This document shows positions 45,811 through 58,170 of a DNA stretch of 64,000 nucleotides, one piece after another. A program made the position numbers and the translations under genes. The notes beneath the pieces were generated by a model. That model made no database searches and was not told the DNA's origin. It saw nothing but the letters and a program-made list of their open reading frames with translations. Location of the stretch: positions 1-64,000 of the forward strand of contig JYFJ02001399.1 of the NCBI GenBank assembly GCA_000934665.2, given 5' to 3'. The stretch comes from Catajapyx aquilonaris (lineage: Eukaryota). The first letter of the stretch is position 1, and every line of letters begins with the position of its first letter.

Positions 45811-46578
45811 GTAAGTGAATCTATATATGTTGTGATTCACTAAAAGCTAATGAGACAGCAAGATGCCTGCACAGAAGGCATGTCTGAATTTAATTTTTCT
45901 TGCCACACAAACACTTGAAGTACAATAACGTAACTGATAAGCATGAAATATTATCAATAATTGAGACTTACCCAAGGCAAAAAATATAAGAAACATCTGG
46001 CATAAACAAATTCTCTGCAACTTTATGGCAATAGTGGCACCATTCAACTCTCTCAAAATCCATACAGATTTATAAATAGGTTTAACATTTTACATAAATA
46101 AGCAGCAAAAGTGTTGTAGGATGGCCTTAAAATCATATTATTGCAGTTTGTCACTTACAAATCATCACTTTCAATGGAAATAGGTTATTTAGAGCATAAT
46201 CTATGCACTTGCAGAGAGTAATGAAGTCTACAGGTGTATTCTTTATCACAGAGCGAGCATGCTGTGGATATTATAGACAGAGGTCATTCTGTTGTTTTAT
46301 TTTGATATTAATACCACATCTAGGTTACACAATACTAAACATGAACTCTACCTCCCTACTACAAATTCAAGTAAATCATGTCATTTTTCCATCAGGAAGA
46401 TGAGGCTGATTAGTCCCCATGTTAGTAAATTAATTCCTCACTTTATCTTGTTCTTGTTATTAGGATTATTTTCCTTTCTTTACTAATAATATATTTATTT
46501 CCTTAGAGACCTTCTCTCATCTACCTCATCTTCAGAACTGTTCAACCTATTCATTCTCTATTTTATTCCCAAGTTATA

Positions 46579-47025
46579 CATGGTGAAGGGATTTTCGCCA
46601 GTCGCCAGGTAGACTGATAGTAGGCTACTCGCAAAACTAAAATAGGGATGTGCAATTAGTTTTTGGCGTCATTGCATAGTTAATGCATACAGTGCCTTTA
46701 AAGTGTAGCATGTCTGATGGTAGCATACGAGGTAAACAATGACAAAGTGCACGGGTATCGTACCCGGATTCTTACTCTGACAGGATTTGATCACCTATTT
46801 CACATGGACTTTGTGTTATGGACCCAAGACCGGATTTTTCAGAGGCCGTCGAGCTGACTTTTTCTTCTTTGAAGCTGGCGGAGCGTATGTGTCTTCACAA
46901 AACCTTAAAGGAGCTATACGCATTAACTATGCAACGGCACCCAAAACTAATTGCATGTCCCTATATTAGTTATGCGAGTACTATCAGTCTACCTGGCGAT
47001 TGGGCATGAAAATTCCTTCACCCTG
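46579..47025. mobile_element. Tc1/mariner-type MITE, about 125-bp arms
   Basis: TA|CA[TG]GGTGAAGG termini. Confidence 0.8.
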
Positions 47026-47296
47026 TATATATATTGTACATGTAGCCAAAGTATGTACAGATTTCAAATGGAAGTTACCATTCAAAATTTATGTAAAGAG
47101 TTTTCCCCAAAAATCAACATGACCACATGATGGGATGGATATTTAGTGCCTATTTCAAACAAAATATCACATCGATCTGGTATCAAACCAACCTGGTAGC
47201 AAATTTTGTCAGCCTATTTATATCCTGGTCACATCCCAGGCTCTTGTATGAAGATTTTCCGGAACAAGTGCAGGTCACTTGTTACAGTGTCTAGAC

Positions 47297-48551
47297 CAGT
47301 GGTTCCCAACCCTAGAGTTGCAACCCAAAATTGGGTTGCCAACATGTTTTTAAGGGTCGAGAAAGAAAAGGAAGAATAGGGTAAGTTGGGATAAGTGCAG
47401 CCAGATTGTGATTAGGTGCAGTTTAAAGGCAAGTTACTTCCTAAATAATTAGCAAGTGAGAAAAAAAAAGTAATGGACAATATACGGTACCAGAACTTAT
47501 TGGCTTTCAAAGTGGCCTATTGCATAACATTCATATATGTGTGTGCTCCGAAAAATAATTAAAATATCCATGTGGTGTACAGTTACGCACTTGCCCCGCA
47601 ATATGGGGTATGTGCAACTTTGGAATTCTCTCAAAGTAATAAACATTGCTCAGGTTGCTAGTGCCACGAAGACACAAACTTCCTCTCTCAGTCTGTATAT
47701 TCTGAATAAAAATATTCTTAGAAGTTCTTACACGACAAACTTTTATTCACTGCTCTACAACAGGTTGGCTAAGAGTACTGACATTATCTGATTAAAATGC
47801 ATTATGTGGAAGCGTTTCACACCAATGTTCGAAATTAGCATGTCGCCAGTCGTGGAATATCCATTGGTGACCATTAAAAGATGTCTTGTCCCTCTTTTGT
47901 CGACCGCGAGCTTTATTCCTCCAATATTGCATTTCGATCCATATACCCATTTTAATTGGGTACGCACTTGCCCCTGACCATGTGTAATTAGGGGCAAGTG
48001 TGACCCCCTTTTTAAAAACCATCCTAATTATTCCACCAAAACGGAACAATAACAGCGTGATAGTACACCTTAACCTCTTACATACAGTCCCGGAGCTGTT
48101 ATGCAGCATGCGATTCAAGACGCGTCAGAAATTCTAGAAAAGATACATACATACTCGCTGGAAAAGTTAAAATGCCACCTTGAGCTTGGTGGCAATTTTT
48201 ATCAGTGTGACAAGAGAGATTATCAGGCTACTTTTAGCAGAGTGGGCAAAGGTCGTTGTGAACATTTACATGATTTCCTATAGCTCCTGCCACCTTGTGC
48301 TACATATTAGAAGCACTTGCCCCATTGTTGCACTTCCCAACTTACCCTAAAACAAAGGAGGAAAATTTGGGAGAAAATTCATCTCAAATCTACATAAGCA
48401 TTGTACTGTGCCTGGTTGAACATTTTAGTAACAAAAAAATTTTGAACAACGTTTGAGATTGTGCTGGGGGGGGGGGGGGNGTTCATATGGGTCGCCAGGT
48501 CGAGGAAAGGTTGTAGATAGGGTCACGATGAAAAAAGGTTGAGACCCAGTG
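47297..48551. mobile_element. hAT (Charlie-like) MITE hosting a nested element
   Basis: CAGTGGTTCCCAACC left end, decayed right end; 8-bp TSD GT[CA]TAGAC. Confidence 0.8.
47379..48347 (+). mobile_element. Compact copy of the GGGTAAGTTGGG element
   Basis: TIR GGGTAAGTTGGGA, TA TSD; homologous to 3094-6793. Confidence 0.85.
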
Positions 48552-48619
48552 GTATAGACCATGATCTGGGTGCCTAAAGACTTGAACTGTATTAAACTTT
48601 GAGTAATGCCCATGCAAGG

Positions 48620-48830
48620 ACTACCATGTGTAGTCCTGCACATGGCTACATTTTCTTAAGTTGTCTTGCATGCTTCTGGAAGAGTTCAAGTGGGACATTT
48701 TTTAAAGCATTCTCAAAACAGTCCAGACTTATGGTTTAAGTCTTGTTCTGATTCACCTTCATGTTTCACCTCCTCCCGATAATTTTTGACAGATTCAAGT
48801 CTAGGTAGAGAGTGACGAAGAGATGAAATA
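48620..48830 (-). pseudogene. Possible ancient Tc1 transposase C-terminal remnant
   Basis: Minus-strand LPRLESVKNYREEVK and LPE.(S)MQ loosely resemble SPDLNPIENLW and the downstream SM motif; heavily decayed. Confidence 0.3.
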
Positions 48831-49797
48831 ATAGTTTTGGCCTTGAGAGTGCTCAACACAGACTTGCAAAATCTGGTAGTATCAGGGTCCAAAGAATGCT
48901 TCAGTAGTCATAATGTTTGTTTGAAATAGTAGCTAAAGATTTGTTAAATTATGCTATATGTGGGAGAAATTCCCCAACAAAAATTTACAGCTAAATGGTA
49001 CTTTCTTTTAAAATGCTGCAATATTTTGAGTTTGTTCTAATATTATATATTTTAAATCCTTTGCAATACCAATCAAAAAGGCAAAGAAAATAGACAAAAT
49101 AGCTTCATGCAGTGTGGCATTGGTACTGCCACATCTGGTCAGTGACCATGTTATAAACTATACCTGAATACTTTTGGTGTAGAGAACCAATTTATACATT
49201 TGCGAAAGAGTCATGTGATAGCTGCAAGTACAGTATCTTAGTCTTCTCATGCAACAGGTTGCTGGTGCTGGATTTGTGAATCACATTTGAATAATTTCCA
49301 ATGGGATAACTTTCTCAAGTTAAACTGTGTATGAAGGGTATGCTGAATTAACAAAACTATCAAAAATCTGAGATACTGACGCCCATAATTAATGTGCAAA
49401 TTATGTGCACAGTGAAGTCTTGCCCTAGGGAAACATGATGCTATAGTACCCGTAGAATTTTTGTTGTGATTATTATGATGAGTATAATAAGGTTGGTGCT
49501 AATGATAAAAATGATGATGATGTAATGTATATTGATTCTCTAGGGATATATTATCAATTTCTTGTACTGTATCTACTCAGAACCTGTAGCACATAATGGT
49601 GGTCCCATAATGTGGTAATAACTTCCACAATACCAGTTGTCTTTGCCCTTGAAGCCTGGTCCTAAGTTTCTCTGCATCTCCTCACTTTTATAGTATAACT
49701 TAGGCATTATATTTTATCCACAGTATGTTTTTTCAGTTGTTTACTCAAGCTCAGCCGATCATGGTGTTATTTGTGAAACATGCTTAACTTGAAGTTG

Positions 49798-50219
49798 AGG
49801 GTGTATCTGAACTCAGTGCACCGACGTGTATGACTGGCTTCCTAGCCACCAGATGATCGATTTAAGTATAGGAGTCATATGTCTGGGCAGCCTCATTACT
49901 GAGATACACTCTTTAGCGATTTTTGCCTAATCGCTCCTTCTGACTTTTAAATAGAATTTTCTGGTGTAACTAGCCAAAGAGGCCTTACCACCTGTGGGCA
50001 ACAAACCAACAAAGTCCCACCCCCAGACCTTCCAGAGCCTTCTGATTGGGGGAGGGTTCGATGGGTGGCCTAACCGACAGGATATTTTGTACTACATGTT
50101 TGCGGCCAATTATCTCCGTAATGAGGCTGCCCAGACATATGACTCCTATACTTAAATCGATCCTCTGGTGGCTAGGAAGGCAGTCATATACGTCGGGGCA
50201 CTGAGTTCAGATACACCCT
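49798..50219. mobile_element. Tc1/mariner-type MITE, about 100-bp arms
   Basis: AGGGTGTATCTGAACTCAGTGC TIR; core shared with 59436-59887. Confidence 0.85.
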
Positions 50220-51188
50220 ATATACTACATACTGGAGGTCTCATATAATTCAACACAGCTATCAGTTTGTAGCATTGAAGTAGGATCATGATTTTCTTAG
50301 CAGGGCTAGTGTAAGAGATGTAACAGTACAGATTGCTCACAGTCAGCAACTTAACTCTAGCCATACTAAACAATATTAAAATCAATGACAGAAAAGTACT
50401 ACTTGGCTATGCCTGTGTCCCTGAGATCTTCAATTATTTCTATATTGGTATGGGTTCACAAAACATTTTGTAGACACATTTAGTGATTGGGGATGTCCAA
50501 TTAATTAATTTGTAAGTGTAGGAATGCTTGCATGTATGGATTTATACTGGTCTGACTGTGCTGTGATGGTAAAGGGGATTTGGTGCATGGTGTGTCTGAA
50601 AAGCTGTTATGTTGTTACCTCAGAGTTGGCATACAAGATATTTTGCTAAGTTCTCTCTAAAGAGTGTTTTAAAAATGGTCACACACAAAGTCGCATGTCT
50701 ATTCGTGAATCTGTGATTCACACCCCACTACACCACACCACACCACACCACACCACACCAGCATCGTGAGAGGCTAGTCAACCCTCGCTGTTGCAGACGA
50801 ATTTGACCCCCGCAAGTCGGACCTGCACAGCGATGTATCCAACAACAGTGGGGCATCCAGACGGCAACGCCCTTCCCTCACAGAGCTGCTGCAGAGCGGT
50901 TTGGCCAAGATTGGTAGCAACCCATCTGAAGCTCATTTCACCCAGAAGGGTGGGTAGCCATCCACCTTGCTCTGTCATTGTACTTGGCCTTCTCTAATAT
51001 ATCCCATCAAAGGTTGGCCATACAGGATGAAATGCAGGCTGGTTTAACAATACCTATTGTATTAAGCAAGAATTATTGCATGCACATAAAAGTATTAATA
51101 TTTGCCTAACATTTGGCTCATATCACCAGGTATTTATTTTATAGGCATCTGACCCAAACAGGCACTAATTTTTAAGAAACTTGGTAAA

Positions 51189-52190
51189 TCTATAATATTA
51201 AAATGCTTGCAGTGTTTGTATAAGCCCTCTGATTGGTCTGCTGCCCATTGATGTTACCGCCATATCCCGATTGGCCCCCTTTCATTGTTACCTGGTCGTA
51301 TTGTTACCACGACGCCTCCAATTGGCCTCTGCTCCGAGCATGCACAATGGATGGAAGAATGCCACAGTCACTTGCTGGATGGCAACGAGGACACATCTCC
51401 TCTACCGTGAACACCCCTCTACCCTTCCACCCTCCTCCACCCATGTTGTCACGGTGAACTCATAACAGGGGAGGGGGAGAGGAGGGGGGAATGGAACGCT
51501 GTAAGCAAACCGAACATAGGCTATGGTCGGGATGTTGTTTATCAGTGGTGCCAACACCATGGATGTTTAATAAACAAAGTAAAATAATTTCAGATTTTTA
51601 AACAAGGTCCTTACTGGCACCCCCATGGGGAGAGTGGGTAAGCAGGATTGGCCGCAATATTCAACACACAGCCCGGGGATAGGTCGAGAACATCAAAAGA
51701 AAGTGTTGGGGAGATAATCTAATACAAACACTGCCGAGTTCCATGGATGTTTATATAATAAAGGGGAGTTGTGAGCAGTTAGAAAAACGTCATCAGAAAG
51801 TGTGCATATAATTTAGATACATGTGCGAGTGCAAGCGAGTAGAGGCGGTAGAGGTTGTTAATTTCTGTTCATCCAATAATTGGGGGTTTAAAATATTCAA
51901 AATGTATCGGTGTGTTGAGGTGGGCAAATGCATATTTCCCAGCCAATGCAAAGCAAAGGTGGGATTGCAGATGGGTCGTAGGGTACGGAATCACGGATAT
52001 GTGAATGCACGGAGGAACGGGTGAGGGTGGGGGGTATGCATATGATTATGGATGGGGATCATCACTGGCTATAAGTCCGAAGCATTTAAAAATATGGTGG
52101 GCACTGCAGGCCTAGAAAAAAGCGAGCGAAGCGAGTGGTTTTCTACGCCTGCGCCATAGAAAATTGCGAGCGTAGCAAGGGTTTTTCTAG
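51189..52190 (+). mobile_element. Non-autonomous Helitron
   Basis: A|TCTATAATATTAAAATG 5' end; GCGAGCGTAGC...TTTTCTAG|T 3' end; no TSD. Confidence 0.75.
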
Positions 52191-52690
52191 TGTAAGGTTT
52201 AAGGTTGCACAAGATAATTATTCACAGTTTGAAGGATTTCCTAGGTAATCTCCAGCTAGAGATACTGATTTAAAATCAGCCTATTATCTCAAAATACATA
52301 AAGCTTATATAACCATGTTCCCACTTTCTCCCTATGCCTGAAATACAACAAAGCTTATCTGCATATACCAGTATCTTCATTTTGCAAAAATTCTCTGTAC
52401 TGAACAAGTTTCTATTACATGCAACAGGTAGCCTACAAAATTAAAATCCAATGCCAGGATGAATCTAAATTTTATAATGGGCAACTTTGCTAAGTGTCTA
52501 GGGTATGTTCTGGGTAGGTTACACTGTATTCACTGAATTTAAGTTTTTTCATGTTATCCTAATGTAATTTTTACACAGCTGTGTGCAAGGGACTTCCTGT
52601 CTATTGCATGTAAGCACCTACTTGGGCAGGATGTTTTTAGTGATGAAAGTACCCAGAGCATAGAGAGGGGAAGATGTAGATATTATTGTA

Positions 52691-54291
52691 CAGTACTGGG
52701 AAAAATAGCATATCATAGATATGTAAACAACGGCTTTGGCGTTACCTGGCAACCGGGCGTGTTCTGACACATCACAAGGAAGTCGCTTAGTGTTATTCTT
52801 CCTATTGTTGCCACTGTTTACAGAGTGTCAGTGACGCGGTTGACCTATTTCTTGGGGTTGACCCAGCTACTGGTCTCTGCCTGCTTACACAGTGACAGGG
52901 ATACGCAGAAAAAATGGGAAAATGATGATGTTAGAAGCAAGTAACTTCGGGAAAATGTTCCCTGCTGGACTCAAAGTAAGGTTTTCATCCACACCACACG
53001 AAATATATTCCATCCCTCAGATCCCTGAGGAGGGGGTGTCAATTAAGATCAGGGGTGTAGTGCTAATTGAAAGTGCGCCAATTACTGATGGATTCTTCCT
53101 GTTTAAGTGCCTTTTATACATAATTAGATACCGCTATGATGAATGGTGACCATGCCTCGTATGTCAGACACGTAATTTAGCCCCTATGACGTCATATTTC
53201 AAAATGGCCAGTCCATATAGGCTTACATGCCATTCACGTCATATTCGTGCCAGGACTGAAATATTATGTCATAGGGGCCAAATTACATGTCTGGCATAAG
53301 AGGCATGGTCACCATTTATATTAGCAGTGTTGAATTACGCGGAAAAGACGCTTGAACCGAAAGAATCCGTCAGTTGACGCACTCTCCATTAGCACTACAC
53401 CCCTGATCTTAATTGACACCCCCTCCTCATGGATGGAATATATTTCGTGTGCTGTGGATGAAAACCTTACTTTGAGTCCAGCAGGGAACATTTTCCCCAA
53501 GTGACTTGCTTCTATAACATCATTTTCCAGTTTTTTCTGGGTATCCCTGCCACTGCATAAGCAGGCAGAGACCTGTCTCTGGGTCAACTGCATCACTCAC
53601 ACTCTGTAAACAGTGGTAACAATAGGAAGAATAACACTAACAAGGGAAGTGTCTGTAGGGCCATCGGCCAATCGGCCCGAAAATGACACTAGGGGTAAAT
53701 CGCAGGCCAGAAATTCATCGGTGAAAGTAAAAAGTCGCATTAGCCAAGCGTTTTCGAGATATGGGCGACGATAGGTGCCCGGCAAACCTGCTCGGTGACA
53801 ATGGGGCGCATTCGGCAGAAGATATTATAAACAGTCTTCGTGGCTCAGTCGGTAGCACGTCCGCGTCATGATCCGAAGTCTCGGCGTTCAAGTCCGCGGG
53901 AAGCGACTTNNCCCCCCCCCCCCCTCCCTCCCTCTCTCGTCTCGGAGCATCGGTTTCTTTTTCTTTCTTCCCCAACACCGTTATAACCGCATATCTTCCC
54001 TTTTGCAATCAAGAGGAATAAATAAACAGCTTGCTGGGAAGTGCATTACTTTTTTTTCTTCTTCTTCTGCCGATGCTCGAAAACGGTTGGCTAATGCGAC
54101 TTTTTACTTTCACCAATGAATTTCTAGCCTGCGATTTACCCCTAGTGTCATTTTCGGGCCGATTGGCCGATGGCCCTACAGACACTTCCCTTGTAAGCGA
54201 CTTCCTTGTGATGGTGTCAGAACATGCCCGGTTGCCAGGTAACGCCAAAGCCGTTGTTTACATCTATGATATGCTATTATGCCCGGCAGTG
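52691..54291. mobile_element. Large fully palindromic element (CACTG-like terminus, TA flanks) with an insert in the right arm
   Basis: 52691 to about 53200 pairs with 53258-53640 plus 54194-54291; mirrored ORFs at 52892(+) and 53321(-). Confidence 0.85.
53641..54193. mobile_element. Fold-back element, CAAGGGAA termini, about 118-bp arms, TAA TSD
   Basis: The host's other arm reads AATAACACTAAGCGAC uninterrupted, showing a TAA duplication. Confidence 0.92.
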
Positions 54292-56504
54292 TACACATAG
54301 CTTACATCATTTTGTCATGTGCTGAGGTTTCATGATTCAAACCCTTACCAATGAAAACAACAAAAATACAACATTTTGAATGTTCTCTGAAATGCATACG
54401 GTACTATCACGTTCAAAAAGATTGTCGTCACTGTTTATTTTCTTATGTGTTTATGTGTTGGCTATCCTTGCGCTGCCAGGTAACCGCGGTTGTTTATTTG
54501 GCGTTATTCCGGAATCCACAGCACTGTGATCACGGGTCACGGTCGCGGTCCAACGGCCCCAGGGTCCCATGGCCGCACGGTCGGGGTCTTGGGAGGCGGG
54601 CGGGAGTGGGAGGTACTGTACGTTGCGTTGTCTGGTGTATGTGAAAAGGTGTTTATTTGGGGTGATAGGGGGAGGGGGGAGAGGCGGATGAGGCAATGGC
54701 CACGACCGGGGCAACACCCCCCCCCCCCCCCCGGGTGGGGGGTGGATCAAGGCAAAACTGTATAAATAATGCACATTTTCCAACTTCTCAGGGAAAAAAT
54801 AACATTTTCGTTTGATCTGCTGCCATCCCGGTTCAAGTGACCCTATCAGTCACCAAAATATACGTTCCTATAATGTTCTTGTACGGTCGGGAACAGGTAC
54901 GAATCGTACGATCCTCGCGGCTTGAAAAATTAGACCTAATGTAGGCAAGAGCTCTTGATGTAGGCTTTTAAAAAACGTGATATAGCGAGGGGGAATAAAT
55001 ACTGCCGGGTGCGCAAGGAGGGGGCGTTTTCTGGCGGATTCCGGGTCCCTTGTTCATCTGTAGCATTTATTTGCATGTCGTCTTTCGCACAATTTTTTTT
55101 GCAATTAATTAATGGGAGATTCCACGACAGAGCATGCAAAATAAAATTCAAAGTATTTTCACCCCCAATGTTTTGATCTCAATAAAATTTGGTATAGGAT
55201 AATTCAAGGGGGTAATCACTTCGGTACTCCGGTGTACACCTGTGAGTGGTACTCCTCAGGTACCTCACTCTTTATTACTCCTTGGTACTACATTTCTTTT
55301 TTTCTGACGTCCTTTAAGACTTATTCATTGTAATTTTTATATTGATAAAAACGTCATATATTTAATATAGTGTTTTTAAAAGTCATTGGATATGGGAGTA
55401 ATTTACACTGGCATGAAATTTTAAGTGATGTAACAAGCACCCGAAAATGCGGAAAAAAGAAGTGCTCCGGACCTCGGTAGCCGATTTTTATGATTCGCTA
55501 TAAGAAAATAATATAAATTGTCACAAATTTTCTGATTTGTATGATGGTGTGGGGTGGAAGAACCCCAATTTTCATGGTTTTTATTGTGCCTGGAGGGAAT
55601 GGTCAACCACGCGACCCTTCTTTTATGTAGGGAGGGTGGCATGGAGTATCTCCTCTTTCGGCCAGTGTTTGAACTTGAACCATCATTCTCTTTATCTCCC
55701 GCTTAAAAAGTCTCCGCATGTGTGCCATCGTGCCTCTTACCAGGGGCACAATGGCACAAGGCATGGGCAGGGCCGGAGAGAGGTCTAGCCAGGCCCCAGG
55801 GACGACAAAGATTCGGGCCCCCTTCACTCGAATACAGACAGTGACAGTTTCAAATTTTCGTTCGAAATTGCTGTCCCCCAAAAAAAGGCATTGGGATTAT
55901 AATTACCAGGAAACATAATCAGTAGAGTCCGGATTTTTAGGCACGAAAAAACCCAGAAATGGGCACTAAAAAACCCTCAAATAGGTATGAAAAAACCTCA
56001 TATAGGCACAATTTTTTTTTACTGGAGGATGAAAAAGCTAGAACAATTTTATATAAGGTCACAAATGAGAGCAAAACCTGAACAACAAGGATAAACTGAC
56101 AGGAAATTACGAAACTTAGGCGAAAGACACAAAGTGCAAGCAAGTGTCACTTGCGCTGGACTCTACCGCTTATAGCCAGTTTCCACTTGCACAATATGTT
56201 GCCAAAAGTTAGAAAAATATTTGGCATAGGCATCACAGAAACATGATTCGTAGTATTACTTCTGAACAATTTTGGTCCTTTCAGGAGCACAAAAAATACT
56301 CCGCAAAAAAAAAACATGCATATGAAGAAATAGGCCCAAAAAGTCCCGAAATTGGGGATTTATAAAAGCCCCGAAATTGCTTCAAAAAGTTCAAAAACTA
56401 TCCCAAAAAGGCCAAATAGGCAAAATAGTTCCCAAAACCATGACATAGGCCATTTAAAACTATAAAACCTACATTTTCCACATCCTGTACTTATGAAATA
56501 AATA

Positions 56505-57392
56505 CGAGGGCATATCAAAAAGTTTTGGCCCCGAGACACTACCAATAAGCAGAGGAGGATTATTTTATTTTCACTTCTCTACATAGTCCCCTCACACTGC
56601 CACACACTTGCACCAGCGGTGCTACAGCCTTCGGATACCATGGAGGAAGAAGTTCTTGTCGACCCCTCCCAACCACTCATCCACAGCCGCCAAAGTGTCG
56701 TCCACGAACTCTTTCCTTTGGGCTTTCGTCTCCGGGTCATAATGTTGAATCCAGCTTTCATCCTGGGTGACATACCGAGCAAGGAAGTCATCAGGGTTAG
56801 CGAGGAAGAGGGCAAGGGCAGCCTCGGAAAGAGTCACACGTGAGCGCTTCTGGTCTGGCGTGGGCACCCATCTCACACAAATCTTGTGGAATCCCAACGT
56901 GTCGGTCAGGATGTTGTGGACCGACCCATATGAGATGCCCACAGCGGTGGCCAATTCGTGGACAGTGATCCGACGATCTGCCAACATCAGGTCGTGGACT
57001 TTCCACTGTTGTCGGCGTTGTTGGGCGCCCAGAGCGGGGGTTGTCTTCAAGTCGCTCTCTTCCCAGTTTGAAGTCGCGAACCCAGTTCTTGACTGTGGTG
57101 TATGGTGGAGCATCATCACCCACCGTTTCTCGCATGTCTTCGTAAATCTCCTTTGCCGACATCTCCTTCTTTATGAGGTACTTGATAACAGAGCGATACT
57201 CAATTTTCTCCATTGTCAGCAGCGTCCAACACCTTGCTGTCTTCTCGGAGCTGTAACTTTTCAATGAATTATGCAATCGCATTGACACTTGCACCTGGCA
57301 CTAGTAGTAGATGTGCCTACTATATGTTGGCAGCACAGTCCAAGGGGATGTGTCCATCTGTCTCAGGGCCAAAACTTTTTGATATGCCCTCG
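56505..57392 (-). mobile_element. mariner element, internally deleted (888 bp); transposase pseudogene 57213-56571
   Basis: TA TSD; TIR CGAGGGCATATCAAAAAGTTTTGGCCC. MEKIEYRSVIKYL...EDNPRSGRP, frameshift, DRRITV...KICVRWVP...VTQDESW.HYDPETK, then a deletion removing the second D and YSPDL, ending GDYVEK*. Confidence 0.95.
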
Positions 57393-57450
57393 TATATTGA
57401 TCTCTTCACAAAACCACCCCAACTGTTAAGGAACTAAATAGGCATTTGCC

Positions 57451-57742
57451 AGGGGAGGCATGATGGTCTGGTGGTTACGTCACTGGCCAGCCAAGCGGGA
57501 GGCCGGGGTTCAAATCCCGTCCCCGTCACCTCTGCTTGGCCGGGTCTTTTTCCACTTTTCTCCCGACATTCCGGAGCAGAATTGCACTCCCTTCTCTGCT
57601 CGGGGCCAGGAGAAAAGGCCTGGTGTTAAAGAATGTCAGAAATGGCTATCGCATGGCACCCTCCCTTGGGAACTTCCCCTTCCCCCTTAAAAGATGGCCT
57701 CGGGTCCTATCACGTTTTTTTAAATTATTTATTTATTTGGAA
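57451..57742 (+). mobile_element. tRNA-headed SINE (head C)
   Basis: A box TGGTCTGGTGG, B box GGTTCAAATCC; 11-bp TSD AGGCATTTGCC; (TTTA)n tail. Confidence 0.82.
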
Positions 57743-57952
57743 AGGCATTTGCCTGAAAATCCGGACGCTAATAATAATCAGTAATAGGCTGTATTTACTG
57801 TCCGCGCAAATATATTACAGATAGCTAGGTGGCAATAAGCTGGTAACTTTAGAAAATTTTGTAGTACCGGTGTAGTACCGGCACATGAAATACTTCAGTG
57901 ACTTGATCTTCTCATATGATTCCTGTATGCACATACCCATGCGCACTACTTG

Positions 57953-58170
57953 GTTAACAGCTCAACTTTTCTGGCCTTCCTATGGGCGAATTTGTCAATG
58001 ATGTCGTCGAAATTCAATTTTCGGGCAAGAGTGGCATTAAGGCATAACATTCCCAAGGAATTCAGTCACTGCTGCCCCATTGACGATCGTGTCTCACTTT
58101 TTATTCTGGCCATAGCACTGATGGATCATTCCGCGACGGCAACTGAGACTGGGAGGATACAGAATGGGAA
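57953..58170 (-). pseudogene. hAT transposase C-terminal dimerisation-domain remnant
   Basis: FCILPVSVAVAE*SISAMARIKSETRSSMGQQ*LNSLGMLCLNATLARKLNFDDIIDKFAHRKARKVEL matches the hAT LPVS.A..ERSFS...RS.M.Q.RL pattern. Confidence 0.85.

Larger units (their letters stand above)
55923..57770 (+). mobile_element. hAT-like non-autonomous element hosting a mariner and a SINE
   Basis: TIR TAG[AC]GTCCGGATTTT; flanks ATAATCAG / (ATA)ATAATCAG. Confidence 0.75.

Noticed and set aside
54440..55900. GC-rich stretch with several short ORFs and a TTA|CACTG start at 55402
   Set aside because: Probably TE-derived, but no matching second terminus, splice pattern or protein motif could be supported.
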